Assembly (NCBI GenBank): GCA_021324755.1
Contig: JAJPIL010000010.1
Location: 1,097-65,096 of the forward strand
Reading direction: 5' to 3'
Source: Pseudomonadota bacterium
GTDB taxonomy: Bacteria > Desulfobacterota > Binatia > Binatales > Binataceae
DNA: 64,000 nt
Of this stretch, positions 49,187 through 59,582 are shown in pieces. The notes under the pieces were generated by a model. The model did no database searches and was not told where the DNA came from. It saw only the letters and a program-made list of their open reading frames with translations. Both the position numbers and the translations under genes were made by a program. Position 1 is the first letter of the stretch. The number at the start of each line of letters is the position of its first letter.

Positions 49187-50545
49187 CTAGCTCTTGCCAA
49201 GTCTAGGCTTGTGCGTAAAGTCGATTACCGACTCGCACCACCGGGCGCAGCCAATTAATTTGGCCTCCTCGAACTCGGAAGCGATCAATTGAACGCCGAC
49301 TGGGAGTCCGTTGCGGCCAAGCCCAACCGGAATCGTAATTTGGGGCAATCCCGCGAAAGTCCAGGGTGCGATAAAAGCCGGGTCGCCAGTCGACTTAAGG
49401 CCGCGCGGTGCAGTCGTGGGGGTTGCAGGCAACAACAGACAATCGGCTTGAGAAAAAAGTTCGTTAATTTCCTGTTTGAAGCTAACGCGAACCTCTTCGC
49501 TCCGCTGATACTCCTCAGACGAGATCACGGTACCTCTTTCGAGAAGCTCTCGAATGTTCGGTCCCAAGCGAGCGCGATGCTTCTGCAAGATTTCGCGCCC
49601 ACTGAGCGCTGCTTCGAAAGCAAGCTTTACACTTAGGGCGTGAGGTACTTCATCGAGCGAAGCTGGAGGCTTGAGTATTTTTATTTGTGCCCCTGCTTTG
49701 GCAAAGCGGTCGACCGCGTCTAAAACAAAGGCTTTAACGTCACCATCAGCGCGGTCTACGAATGGGTCTTTCAGTAGCCCTATTTTAATTCGTTCGACTC
49801 TGACGAGCTCTCCTGTGTACGCCGGCACAGGCATCGCAGAGCAACTCGGGTCGTTCGGATCAGGGCCGGCCAAGACCTCCAAAATCAAAGCCGCATCAGC
49901 GACAGTGCGAGCGAAGATGCCTACGTGGTCAAGACCTTGCGCCAAAGGAATCATCCCGTAGCGGCTAATCCTACCGTACGTAGGCTTAAGGCCTACAATG
50001 CCGCAGTACGCCGCTGGTCTTATGGTAGAGCCGAGGGTTTGCGTTCCCAACGCAGCAAAACACATCCGCGCGGCGACGGCTGCCGCCGAGCCTGAGCTCG
50101 AGCCACCGGGCGTATGTTCCAAATTCCAGGGATTTCTCGTCTTTGCCGGGTCAAGGTAGGCTAATTCGGTTGTGATGGTCTTGCCGAGGATAATAGCTCC
50201 CGCCGACTTAAGTCTTTGCACGACGGTCGCGTCTTTTTCGGGGACGAAGTCAGCATACACCGATGAACCTGCGCTCGTACGCACTCCTGCAGTAAGAAAG
50301 ACATCCTTTACGCCCACGGGTATGCCATGAAGAGGACCTCGATACAAACCCTTGGCGGCATCGGCATCACACTCGGCCGCTGCCTCAAGTGCCTGCTCCT
50401 CACAAATTGTCTCCCAAGCATTAATCTCTTTATCCAACGCGCCGATTTGATTGAGGCAGGCGCGCGCAAGTTCCCAGGCCGTCAGGCTTCGTTGCCTTAA
50501 TCGCCGCGCCGCATCGGTTAAGCTCAACTCGGTAAGATCGCTCAT
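49187..50545 (-). CDS. Amidase signature family protein
   Basis: GPLHGIPVGVKD, TRNPWN, PGGSSSGSAA, LGTQTLGSTIRPA. Confidence 0.9.
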   Translation of the reverse strand: MSDLTELSLTDAARRLRQRSLTAWELARACLNQIGALDKEINAWETICEEQALEAAAECDADAAKGLYRGPLHGIPVGVKDVFLTAGVRTSAGSSVYADFVPEKDATVVQRLKSAGAIILGKTITTELAYLDPAKTRNPWNLEHTPGGSSSGSAAAVAARMCFAALGTQTLGSTIRPAAYCGIVGLKPTYGRISRYGMIPLAQGLDHVGIFARTVADAALILEVLAGPDPNDPSCSAMPVPAYTGELVRVERIKIGLLKDPFVDRADGDVKAFVLDAVDRFAKAGAQIKILKPPASLDEVPHALSVKLAFEAALSGREILQKHRARLGPNIRELLERGTVISSEEYQRSEEVRVSFKQEINELFSQADCLLLPATPTTAPRGLKSTGDPAFIAPWTFAGLPQITIPVGLGRNGLPVGVQLIASEFEEAKLIGCARWCESVIDFTHKPRLGKS

Positions 50546-50573
50546 TTTAAAAACCTGCGAATCGTCGGCCCGC

Positions 50574-51431
50574 CTAGAGCCCCGCGCAAAGCTCTATAGG
50601 AGTCGCCTGTGGCATGGTGCGCTGTTCTTCCTCCACGAAGCGGTTAATAAATTTCCGACCGAGGTCAATTGGTATAGCAAAGCCGATCCCTTGGCCCTCC
50701 GCATAAATAGCTGTATTGATGCCGACCACTTCTCCCAGGATATTGAGCAGAGGGCCTCCGGAATTGCCTGGGTTTATCGCCGCATCGGTCTGGATCAAGT
50801 CTTCATACCCAGCCTCGTGGAGCGCGCGATGAAGGGCGCTAATCACTCCTACGGTTACCGTGTGAGAAAGCCCGAAGGGATTGCCTATCGCTATGGCCGT
50901 CTCGCCGATCATCAGGTCGTCCGACCGCCCAATCGTGGCACAAGGAAGAGGTTGAGTAGTCTGAACCCGTATCAGGGCGAGATCGGTGGTCCCTGAATAC
51001 GCGACCAGCCGACCGGGGAATGTCCGTCCGCTGGCCAGCTGGACCCTGATAGTAGCCAGGCGCTGAATCACGTGGCGGTTGGTCAGGACAAGACCCGTCG
51101 GCGAAACGACAAAACCCGAGCCGAGAGAGGTTTGCTTTTCTTGATGGGGACGAAAGGCCCGCGGGTCGGCAAATTGCTCGAAAAATTGGCGGAAAAAAGG
51201 GTCTTCGAAAATGAAAGGCGTCACCGTGATGGTTCGTTCGGTCGATATGTTGACCACGGCAGGAGCGGTTCTTTCCACCGCAGCGACGATCGGCGTGCGC
51301 CTAAGACTGTAAGTCTGCGCCCGAAGCGGATCAGCAACAAAACCGACTGAGCTAACCGCCAGCACGCAAACAACTACTCCACGCGCCGCTCGTGCCAGCA
51401 TGGTCAAAAAACGACTCAGCTTTGAATTCAT
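50574..51431 (-). CDS. HtrA/DegP-like S1C serine protease lacking PDZ domains
   Basis: SLGSGF, TNRHV, TDLAL, IQTDAAINPGNSGGPL. Ends about 30 aa after GIGFAIP. Start uncertain. Confidence 0.85.
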   Translation of the reverse strand: MNSKLSRFLTMLARAARGVVVCVLAVSSVGFVADPLRAQTYSLRRTPIVAAVERTAPAVVNISTERTITVTPFIFEDPFFRQFFEQFADPRAFRPHQEKQTSLGSGFVVSPTGLVLTNRHVIQRLATIRVQLASGRTFPGRLVAYSGTTDLALIRVQTTQPLPCATIGRSDDLMIGETAIAIGNPFGLSHTVTVGVISALHRALHEAGYEDLIQTDAAINPGNSGGPLLNILGEVVGINTAIYAEGQGIGFAIPIDLGRKFINRFVEEEQRTMPQATPIELCAGL

Positions 51432-51629
51432 ACGCGAGGTTAAAAGTGTTAGCTTCGCTAAGACTAACGGGCTAGCGATCCTCACACATTGGTTGCGCAG
51501 CTTTCGAGAACAGAGCCCAGACGCGGTCACGATGAACTTCACTACGTGAAAACCCTTTCGTTCGCAGTAAATCGATAACCTTACCCGCTCCTCAAGGAAG
51601 TTTGAACAAACAAAATAGCTGCAGGCCAC

Positions 51630-52574
51630 TTAAGCGTTTTCTGCAGCGCTGCCATCAGGACCGTTTCCAAAAGACATTTCCTTCAAGAAACGTTCGACCG
51701 CTTGCGCACAGCGCTCAGGCTGTTCAAGTTGTAAGAAGTGGCCAGCTCCCGTAACCATCTCGTAGCCAATACCGAACTCTTCGTGCAAGGCGCGACCCAG
51801 TAGACAAACGATACTCTCATCTCGAGTCGCCAGATCTGCGCACACCAATTTGACTGGTACCGAAAGCTTTGGAATTTTTTCCCAAAGCCCGAGAGTTGGG
51901 CTTGTCGCGTAGATTCTGGCCTCGAGCTCGCGGGGACAACAAAGTTCGTAGTCGCCATCAGATGTTGGCCGCAACGTCGCCCGCGCAACCGCTTCGTAAG
52001 CCTCAGGCCGCCACCGACTAAACCGTGGATTGCGTCGAAGCCTTTCTGCTAACTCAAGAGGATCCTTAAACCGCTCGATTCTCCTTACGCTTCGGCGCGA
52101 TAGCTCTTCCTGTTCCTCTACGTAGGGCACGTAAAGCGAATGACCCTTAGGCGGCGGCAACGGCGGATCAAACAAGACCATAAGATCCCATCTCGGTCCG
52201 ACCTCGACGGCTTGGCCAATAGCTATCACGGCGGAAAGGGAATGAAATATTCCGGCTGTAGGCTTTCTGCCCCAGCGGGAGCAAATTCCCTCGTATATCG
52301 CCTCGGCGTCGCTTACAAAACGCGACCAGTTATGGCCGTCAGGACCATGATACGGATTTTGGCCATGGTTGCGGATGTCGAACAGCAAAACATCGTAGCG
52401 GTCGCAAAACAACTTCCAAAAAGTTACGTACCCGTCGATAGCCAATCCGTTGCCGTGGCTCAACGCCAGGCGAGGACCGTTCGGGTTGCCGTGTCGCCGA
52501 ATTCGGATGGTCGCGCCATCCTCCATTCGAAGCTCTACCGTCTCATTAGGTTCTGGCACAATGTCGTGAAACAA
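51630..52574 (-). CDS. Alpha/beta-fold hydrolase with atypical nucleophile elbow
   Basis: SHGNG, FDIRNHG, FHSLSA, GAGHFLQLE. Confidence 0.78.
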   Translation of the reverse strand: MFHDIVPEPNETVELRMEDGATIRIRRHGNPNGPRLALSHGNGLAIDGYVTFWKLFCDRYDVLLFDIRNHGQNPYHGPDGHNWSRFVSDAEAIYEGICSRWGRKPTAGIFHSLSAVIAIGQAVEVGPRWDLMVLFDPPLPPPKGHSLYVPYVEEQEELSRRSVRRIERFKDPLELAERLRRNPRFSRWRPEAYEAVARATLRPTSDGDYELCCPRELEARIYATSPTLGLWEKIPKLSVPVKLVCADLATRDESIVCLLGRALHEEFGIGYEMVTGAGHFLQLEQPERCAQAVERFLKEMSFGNGPDGSAAENA

Positions 52575-53628
52575 CTTCTTATCCTTTCTTGTCCGGACGC
52601 TGCACGCTCACAAGGTTGGCCTTCTTCTATCGAAGAGCGCTCTTTTTGCCCTGGTATTATACTAATAGCCTCGGCTGGCACAGTCGAAAACGAGTTTTTC
52701 TATAGGCCCTTTGCCCCTTGAGCCACACGTAAGTGTCTTCGAGCTGCGCGCAAGGTCAACGCCCGAAAGTCAAGCCCCTCGGTTACCCCTGCGCTACATT
52801 GCGTTTCGGAGGAACTTCTACCATGGCACTCAAGAGATAAATGACAAAATCTTGGCTAGGGACCTTGTTGGCCCAGCCGTGAAATCGACTACTATCTCTC
52901 CCAAAGGTTTTTGCTAAAAAGCTCGCACCGTCGGTGAATCGGATTCCGTTGGCACGAATCCGGAAAAACTTAACTTCGCCTTCTCGTCAACAACTGATTT
53001 GAGCGAGCTCAATGGAGCGAAAACGTAATTCTTTAAGCTCGCCGCGAGCTTTATGACCAAGGAATGCCCTAAGTAAATGGGGAGCTTATAATCAGGGGCT
53101 GCCCAAGAGCCTAGGCGGTACACAGCGCCCGAGCTGTGCCGAGAAACCGCCCAACACGGGCGCGATAAAACCCAGTTGCGTTTCGTTGAACTGCTATAAG
53201 TGGCCGTCCAACCAGCACAGTTAGGTTTGCTGCTTCTCTATTCGCCTTAGCCTTTTTGGTGCTAAAATTGAATACAAATTGTATACCGGGCATCGGTGAC
53301 TGCAGGCAGGAGCATGTTTGCTCCGTTTTTGGGCCAATAGAGGCGCTGCTGTTCCTATCAAAGGGCACATCTCGCTCAAGGAGTCGGCTAGCGCATTAGA
53401 CTTAAACAGTCAACGCATGGGGCAAGCCCGGGCTGCGAATGCGAGGTCTTAGACCGAAAGCTGAGAAACATTCGGGTCGGCTCAGCGACGTCCTCGGCGA
53501 GGACCCCGAGTTCGTAGACTGAACATTTTGGTCGAGCCTGCAACGAGTGCCCCTTCATAACGACTTGTCATGCAAGAAAGGGCAGGGATAGTTTTTATTC
53601 GCATTTTCGGCACAGGGGGAGGTTTACG

Positions 53629-55410
53629 ATGACGGCAAGTCTTAGTAGACAAGCGGCGGTCGTGGAGAACAAAGCTCTCAAGGAATGGGTCGCTGACGTT
53701 GCGCGCCTTACGCGCCCCGCCCAAATTGTATGGTGTGATGGTTCCGAAGAGGAAAATCGTCGTTTGCTAGCCCAAGCCGTCTCATCACAAGTTCTCATTC
53801 CCCTGAATCACAAAAAACGACCAGGCTGTTATCTCCATCGCTCCCATCCCAACGATGTCGCTCGTACAGAAGGAGCCACTTACATTTGCACACCGACCAA
53901 GCAGGAAGCAGGTCCCACCAATAACTGGGCGGATCCGGCCCAGACCTACGCAAAGCTTTCTAAGTGGCTTGAGGGCTCGATGGCGGGGCGGACGATGTAT
54001 GTAGTGCCGTACTTGATGGGCCCGGTAGGTTCGCCGCTTGCCAGAGTCGGCGTCGAAGTGACCGACAGCCTTTACGTGGTGCTCAGCATGCGAATCATGA
54101 CCCGTATGGGAGCGGTTGCACTGGAAGCATTGGGGAACTCCGCCGACTTTAACCGGGGTCTCCATTGCACCTTGGATTGTGACCCTCAGCGCCGGTTGAT
54201 TTGCCATTTTCCGCAAGACAACACCGTATGGTCCGTCGGGAGCGACTACGGCGGAAACGCGTTACTCAGCAAGAAATGTTTCGCTCTAAGAATCGCTAGC
54301 TACCTTGCCAGACGCGAGAGTTGGATGGCCGAACACATGCTGATCGTGGGCGTCGAAAGCCCCGACGGCCAGGTTACGTACATCGCTGGAGCCTTTCCCA
54401 GCGCCTGCGGGAAAACCAATTTGGCGATGCTAACACCTCCGCCCACCTTTAAAGGTTGGAAGGTTCGCACAGTTGGCGAGGATATCGCGTGGATGCGCGT
54501 TGGAGCCGACGGCAGACTCTGGGCCATAAACCCCGAGTCCGGCTACTTTGGTGTTGCTCCGGGCACCAGTTGGCGCTCAAACCCCAACGCGATGAAGATG
54601 CTCGAGCGAGATACGCTCTTTACCAACGTGGCTCTAACGCCCGATGGAGACGTCTGGTGGGAAGGTATCGGCCAAGACGCACCAGAAGGCACGCTGGATT
54701 GGCAGGGGCGTCCTTGGAAACGCACATCCTCCGGCAAGGCCGCTCATCCTAACAGTCGCTTCACCACGCCTATGTATAACAACCCAGTCCTTTCGCCAAA
54801 GGCCGACGATCCCGAAGGCGTGCCTATATCAGCTATCCTTTTCGGAGGCCGCCGCGCTACCACCGTGCCACTTGTGCTCGAGGCCTTCGACTGGGAGCAC
54901 GGCGTGTACCTTGGCGCCACGATGGGCTCAGAAACTACGGCCGCCGCCACCGGAGCGGTCGGCGTGATACGGCGAGACCCGATGGCGATGCTGCCGTTTT
55001 GCGGCTACAACATGGGAGATTACTTCGCGCACTGGTTGGCCATGGGCAAGCGAATGAAACATCCGCCAAAAGTATTCATGGTAAATTGGTTCCGCAAAGC
55101 TCCCGACGGCTCTTTCCTGTGGCCGGGATACGGCGAAAACATGCGAGTGCTCGAATGGATCATTAGCCGCATAAACGGTACCGCAAAAGCCTCTGAAACT
55201 CCGGTCGGATTCGTTCCTGCTGACGGGGCGCTCAGGCTCGACGACCTCGACATCGGGCCGGAAAACTTCAAGCAGGCAGTTTCCATCGATCCGTCCGACT
55301 GGAAAGAAGAGATCGAGGAGCACGAAAAGCTGCTCCGCCGATTAGGCAAAACCGTTCCACAGGAACTGTGGCGCCAGTTGGAGCGGTTAAAGGCAGCGTT
55401 CCATTTCTAA
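53629..55410 (+). CDS. pckG: Phosphoenolpyruvate carboxykinase (GTP)
   Basis: DVARTE, YGGNALLSKKCFALRIAS, FPSACGKTNLAM, AINPESGYFGVAPG, AAHPNSRF, VNWFR. GGGGGAGG RBS. Confidence 0.97.
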   Translation: MTASLSRQAAVVENKALKEWVADVARLTRPAQIVWCDGSEEENRRLLAQAVSSQVLIPLNHKKRPGCYLHRSHPNDVARTEGATYICTPTKQEAGPTNNWADPAQTYAKLSKWLEGSMAGRTMYVVPYLMGPVGSPLARVGVEVTDSLYVVLSMRIMTRMGAVALEALGNSADFNRGLHCTLDCDPQRRLICHFPQDNTVWSVGSDYGGNALLSKKCFALRIASYLARRESWMAEHMLIVGVESPDGQVTYIAGAFPSACGKTNLAMLTPPPTFKGWKVRTVGEDIAWMRVGADGRLWAINPESGYFGVAPGTSWRSNPNAMKMLERDTLFTNVALTPDGDVWWEGIGQDAPEGTLDWQGRPWKRTSSGKAAHPNSRFTTPMYNNPVLSPKADDPEGVPISAILFGGRRATTVPLVLEAFDWEHGVYLGATMGSETTAAATGAVGVIRRDPMAMLPFCGYNMGDYFAHWLAMGKRMKHPPKVFMVNWFRKAPDGSFLWPGYGENMRVLEWIISRINGTAKASETPVGFVPADGALRLDDLDIGPENFKQAVSIDPSDWKEEIEEHEKLLRRLGKTVPQELWRQLERLKAAFHF

Positions 55411-55652
55411 GCCAGTTTGCGGACGACCGGGGCAAAATCCCCAACGGGCAAATGCAGCCTGTAACTAATTACCAGGCTATCGTTCGCACTGTGGTGTACG
55501 CGCAGTCGGCGAAGCTTTTTGCTCGTGGCCGATAAGCTTTACTGCGTCAACGAACGGGTTTAGACGAAATGGACTCGACAGTGGGCTTGGACGGTGGAAA
55601 GGACGAGACTCGCGCCCACGAATGCGGTGGTCGTCGCCCACATAAAGCGCGG

Positions 55653-57236
55653 CTAGCGCCTACGCTTTTTGTCGACGTAATCGACGATTATATACTCGCC
55701 GAGCCTGTCTGGCCTGGTGTAGAAAGCTCGGCCACGGTTAATCCTTGCGATTTGATCGACGAAGCTTCGCAGGTTGGGAGAGTCGTCGAGCATAAAAGTA
55801 TTAATCGTGATGCCTTTCCGGGTGACTCGCTCGACTTCGGCTAGTGTTTCCTGAGCGGCACGCACGCTGATGCCGCCGAACGACAGCGGCCATTCACAGA
55901 ACAGCCGGTCACCTCGGAAGTAAGCGGTCGGCTGCCCGTCGGTGACTACGACGATTTGGCGGTTTTTGGCGGGATGGCGGCTCAAAATCGAGGCAGCAAG
56001 ATGCAGCGCATGCTGCAAGTTGGTGAATGGGTCGCCCATGTTCCAAGAGGCTTCGGGCAAATCTTGAGATTTAAGTTCTACCGCTCGCGTGAAAAAGCCC
56101 ACCAAGGAAAAAAAATCGCGCGGGTAGCGTGTGCGGATGAGCGCTTCTAACGCTATCGCTACCTTTTTGGCGGCCGCAAACCTGCCCTCCCAGCTCATCG
56201 ACCACGACATATCCAAGCATAACACGGTGGCAGAGGTCGTGGCGTAATCGCTCTCGAAAATCCAGAAGTCGCTGGGCTCAAGTTTGACCGGCAGCTCGGC
56301 TCGCCTACTCAAGGCTTGCTTGAACGTAGAGGCAAGGTCAAGGTTGAGAGGGTCGCCGAAGGTATAAGGGCGTCCCTGGTGAAGGTGAACCTCGGCGATA
56401 CCGCGCCGATCAATCACATGGGCACCAGGTCGGTCTTTGAGAAGCTTTTGATAGATGTCGCGCAAGGCCAGTTCGCCGATGCGGCGCACGCCTTTGGGGC
56501 TTAACTGCAAAACACTGCCTTTCTCGACCACGTAGCCCGCCTCAGCAAGCTCTGCCGAAAGCTCGCGAAGGTTTTCGAAATCCTGGGCAGCTTGGGCACC
56601 TAACAATTCGAGCAAGTCGTCCTTGGAGACCGCATCAAAGTTGCCAGCGCTAAGCTCGTTTTCAAGGCGCTCCAAGCGTTGCATCTCGCGCATCACTTGA
56701 ACCGCTTCACGGTACCCCAGACTTTTCGGTCCCTGAAAAAGGCGGTCAAAGCGCTCGCGAAAACGCTCCAGGTCGCGAATGTTTTCGTACTCGTCGAGCA
56801 AGCGTTCAAATTCTTCGCCGGCTTCGCTGCTCTCGAACTGATGATCCCTTAGCTGCCGAATGGCCTCGGAGAGCTTGGGTGACAAACGCTCGAAGCCAGT
56901 GCCGCCTTTATGGGCTAGCTGGCGATGTTTACCTCCAAGCGCGCGATATTCCTTCTCCAAAACGCTTTTAAGCTGCTCGCTAACTTCTCGTAACGAATCG
57001 CGCAAGTTGAACTCGCGCTGGCGCTGGCGAATTTGCCGACGCAACTGCTTGAGCAATTCCTCCGTCCCAGTTACGCGCCGACCGTCGTCCAACTCAAAGC
57101 CTTGGCGAACTATGACGTCGAGAGCCTGATTGACGCTGCCACTTTGGTAAAGCTGATCGGCAAGGCGCTCGAAAATCTTCTCAACGTCTAACCGCTGCTG
57201 CCTTGAAGGATCCCAGCGCGTGTAACGAACAAGCAT
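55653..57236 (-). CDS. vWA-domain protein with long helical N-terminal region
   Basis: MIDAS motif LDMSWSM, TNLQHAL, VVTDGQPT, INTFML. Confidence 0.85.
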   Translation of the reverse strand: MLVRYTRWDPSRQQRLDVEKIFERLADQLYQSGSVNQALDVIVRQGFELDDGRRVTGTEELLKQLRRQIRQRQREFNLRDSLREVSEQLKSVLEKEYRALGGKHRQLAHKGGTGFERLSPKLSEAIRQLRDHQFESSEAGEEFERLLDEYENIRDLERFRERFDRLFQGPKSLGYREAVQVMREMQRLERLENELSAGNFDAVSKDDLLELLGAQAAQDFENLRELSAELAEAGYVVEKGSVLQLSPKGVRRIGELALRDIYQKLLKDRPGAHVIDRRGIAEVHLHQGRPYTFGDPLNLDLASTFKQALSRRAELPVKLEPSDFWIFESDYATTSATVLCLDMSWSMSWEGRFAAAKKVAIALEALIRTRYPRDFFSLVGFFTRAVELKSQDLPEASWNMGDPFTNLQHALHLAASILSRHPAKNRQIVVVTDGQPTAYFRGDRLFCEWPLSFGGISVRAAQETLAEVERVTRKGITINTFMLDDSPNLRSFVDQIARINRGRAFYTRPDRLGEYIIVDYVDKKRRR

Positions 57237-57260
57237 GCGCCACCTTAAAAGCGCTCGACC

Positions 57261-58703
57261 TTACGCTCGATAAGTCAAGTGGCCGTTTAGGCGCTCCTTA
57301 CTTAGTTTTTTGTGCTGATGTAGGCCTTCGAGCACGAATTCGACCGCCGCGGCGATTAACCCAGGACTCTCGCCTGGCTTGAGCGTGGCTACCGCCTCTT
57401 TAAGCCCCTTGATTTCCTGAAAGGGTTTCAGGTAACTGACCGCGGGTGCCTCGTCCGAGACGTCAACGCCCCATCCCTGTTCAAAATGCTGTACCACGGA
57501 CCGCAAATTCTCAACTTTGAAGTATCGGTCGAAGATTTTTAGCACCGCTCGATTGAGCAAGCGCTCGATCAATTCCCTCTCGCTCCCGCTGTCAACGCCA
57601 TACTCCAACTCAAGTTTCCCAGCCGTGGAGGCGTAGACCGCGTCGAGGTCCGAAATTCGCGGCACGATTTCGCTCTCGTTTAGCCTCGCGGCGCGCCTTT
57701 CGGCGTTAGCGATCACCGACTCGTAGTTGTTGATACTGATGCGGACCGAGACGCCAGACATCTGATTTATCTCGCTCGAGGCACGCGCCTCAAATGTTAG
57801 CTGAGCGAGAATCTCCTTGATAAACTGGGGCACGACAACAGGCACGTCCCGACGCGCCAAGCGCGTCGCCTCTTGTTCCATTATCGCGATCTCGTCCGCC
57901 AACGTCCGCGGGTAATGGGTGCGAATTTGCGCGTCGAAGCGATCTTTCAGCGGGGTTATGATCCTTCCGCGCGAGGTATAGTCCTCGGGATTCGCGCTGG
58001 CAACGAATACCACGTCCAAGGGCATGCGAATCTTGTAACCCTTTATCTGAATGTCGCGCTCTTCCATCAAGTTGAAGAGCCCCACCTGCACCTTTTCGAC
58101 CAGGTCGGGCAGCTCGTTGATTGCAAAGATGCCGCGATTGGTTCGCGGAATGAGGCCATAGTGAATCGTCTCTTCGTCGGCCAAGTAACGTCCCTCAGCC
58201 ACCTTCACGGGATCGATTTCACCAATCAGGTCGGCAATCGATACGTCAGGAGTGGCGAGCTTTTCTGAGTACCGCTGGTCTCGCCCAAGCCAATCAATCT
58301 CGAGCTCATCACCCCTTTCCGCGAGCAGTCGGCGACATCTGGCGCATACCGGCGCGTACGGATCGTCGTTGATTTCGCATCCCTTAACGACCGGGACGTA
58401 CTCGTCGAGCAGGCGCACCATAAGCCTCATGACGCGCGACTTGCCCTGGCCGCGCTGCCCAAGAAAGATCATGTGATGGCCGGCCAAAATACCGTTTTCG
58501 ATCTCGCGCAAAACCGTATCATCGTAGCCGATGATTCCAGGCAGGACAGTTTCGCGAGCGCGCAACATGCGGAGCAAATTGTCGCGCATTTCGATTCGTA
58601 CGGGCTTGGTCTGGTACCCTTTACGTTTGAGTTCTCCCAAAGTTCGTATGCTAAGCAATCCTCGGGAGTCGACTTCCTTGGGCTCTGGCCAGGCACTCAT
58701 CAA
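57261..58703 (-). CDS. Magnesium-chelatase-like (ChlI/MoxR clade) AAA+ ATPase
   Basis: Walker A GQRGQGKS, KLATPD, NRGIFAINELPDL, SANPEDYT, DRF. Confidence 0.85.
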   Translation of the reverse strand: MMSAWPEPKEVDSRGLLSIRTLGELKRKGYQTKPVRIEMRDNLLRMLRARETVLPGIIGYDDTVLREIENGILAGHHMIFLGQRGQGKSRVMRLMVRLLDEYVPVVKGCEINDDPYAPVCARCRRLLAERGDELEIDWLGRDQRYSEKLATPDVSIADLIGEIDPVKVAEGRYLADEETIHYGLIPRTNRGIFAINELPDLVEKVQVGLFNLMEERDIQIKGYKIRMPLDVVFVASANPEDYTSRGRIITPLKDRFDAQIRTHYPRTLADEIAIMEQEATRLARRDVPVVVPQFIKEILAQLTFEARASSEINQMSGVSVRISINNYESVIANAERRAARLNESEIVPRISDLDAVYASTAGKLELEYGVDSGSERELIERLLNRAVLKIFDRYFKVENLRSVVQHFEQGWGVDVSDEAPAVSYLKPFQEIKGLKEAVATLKPGESPGLIAAAVEFVLEGLHQHKKLSKERLNGHLTYRA

Positions 58704-59248
58704 GCTTGCACCATCTCTTCGTGAACTTTTTCGAAAAAGGGACTTAGAAGTTCAAAACTGGCTTCCAAGTGCTGGGAGATCACTTTTGTACTTGCTAGCA
58801 CCGGCATAAAGTTGGTGTCGCCCTGCCAGCGCGGCACAACGTGCCAATGAAAGTGATCGGCGAAGCCTGCTCCCGCGACGCGACCGACGTTCGCACCCAA
58901 GTTAAAGCCGGCCGGCTTGAAGGCTCGACGAAGGATTCCGATCGTCGCGCTGAGCAGCTTCGTCAACGCTACGCCTTGTTCGACATCCAGCAGATCGAGC
59001 GACCCAACGTGAGAGCGCGGCGCGACCATCACATGTCCAGCATTATACGGGTAACGATTGAGCATCGCGACCGCATGAACGTCTTGATAGAGAACCAGGC
59101 GCTGCCGTCTCTGGCGCGCATTAAGGCGTCCTAAGCAAAAGATACAACTCTGCTTTTTGTTTCGGTGGGAGGCGACGTAGGCAGCACGCCACGGCGCCCA
59201 TAAAGTCTTAAGTCCCGGATGGGTTTGCTCAGGTTTCGACACCGCCAC
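58700..59248 (-). CDS. HIT family hydrolase (Ap4A phosphorylase-like)
   Basis: LWAPWR, CIFC, NRYPYNAGHVMVAP, HFHWHVVPRW. Confidence 0.9.
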   Translation of the reverse strand: MAVSKPEQTHPGLKTLWAPWRAAYVASHRNKKQSCIFCLGRLNARQRRQRLVLYQDVHAVAMLNRYPYNAGHVMVAPRSHVGSLDLLDVEQGVALTKLLSATIGILRRAFKPAGFNLGANVGRVAGAGFADHFHWHVVPRWQGDTNFMPVLASTKVISQHLEASFELLSPFFEKVHEEMVQA

Positions 59249-59534
59249 GTTTCAGCCGGCCGTTGACCTCCATCCGCAGCTCTTCTCCTGCCCGGAAGAA
59301 CGGGACGCGTCGCGCCGCGATATGCACGAGCTCACCGGTCTTCGGATTACGCCCTTGACGCGGGCCGCGCTCCTTGACGCCGAACACACCAAAGCCGCGG
59401 ATCTCGACGCGTCTGCCAGCGGCCAACGCCTTGCTCAACGTCTCGAAAATCGTATCCACGACAAGCTCAGCCTGGCGCCGAGAGAGCTGCGCCCGTCTTG
59501 CCAGCAGCTCATCAACAAGGGCGCTTTTAGTCAT
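59229..59534 (-). CDS. ihfB: Integration host factor beta / HU-family protein
   Basis: MTKSAL, VEIRGFGVF, GRNPKTGE, PFFRAG; directly after rpsA. Confidence 0.88.
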   Translation of the reverse strand: MTKSALVDELLARRAQLSRRQAELVVDTIFETLSKALAAGRRVEIRGFGVFGVKERGPRQGRNPKTGELVHIAARRVPFFRAGEELRMEVNGRLKRGGVET

Positions 59535-59582
59535 AGCTTATAACCGCTCCTATTCGCGCTTAAGGCCACAGCTTTTCGAGCA

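Noticed and set aside
53420-53520. Possible c-di-GMP-I riboswitch (GGTCTAAG...CAGCC-like on the minus strand)
   Set aside because: The conserved GGCAAA, GNRA and GCAAAG elements are absent.
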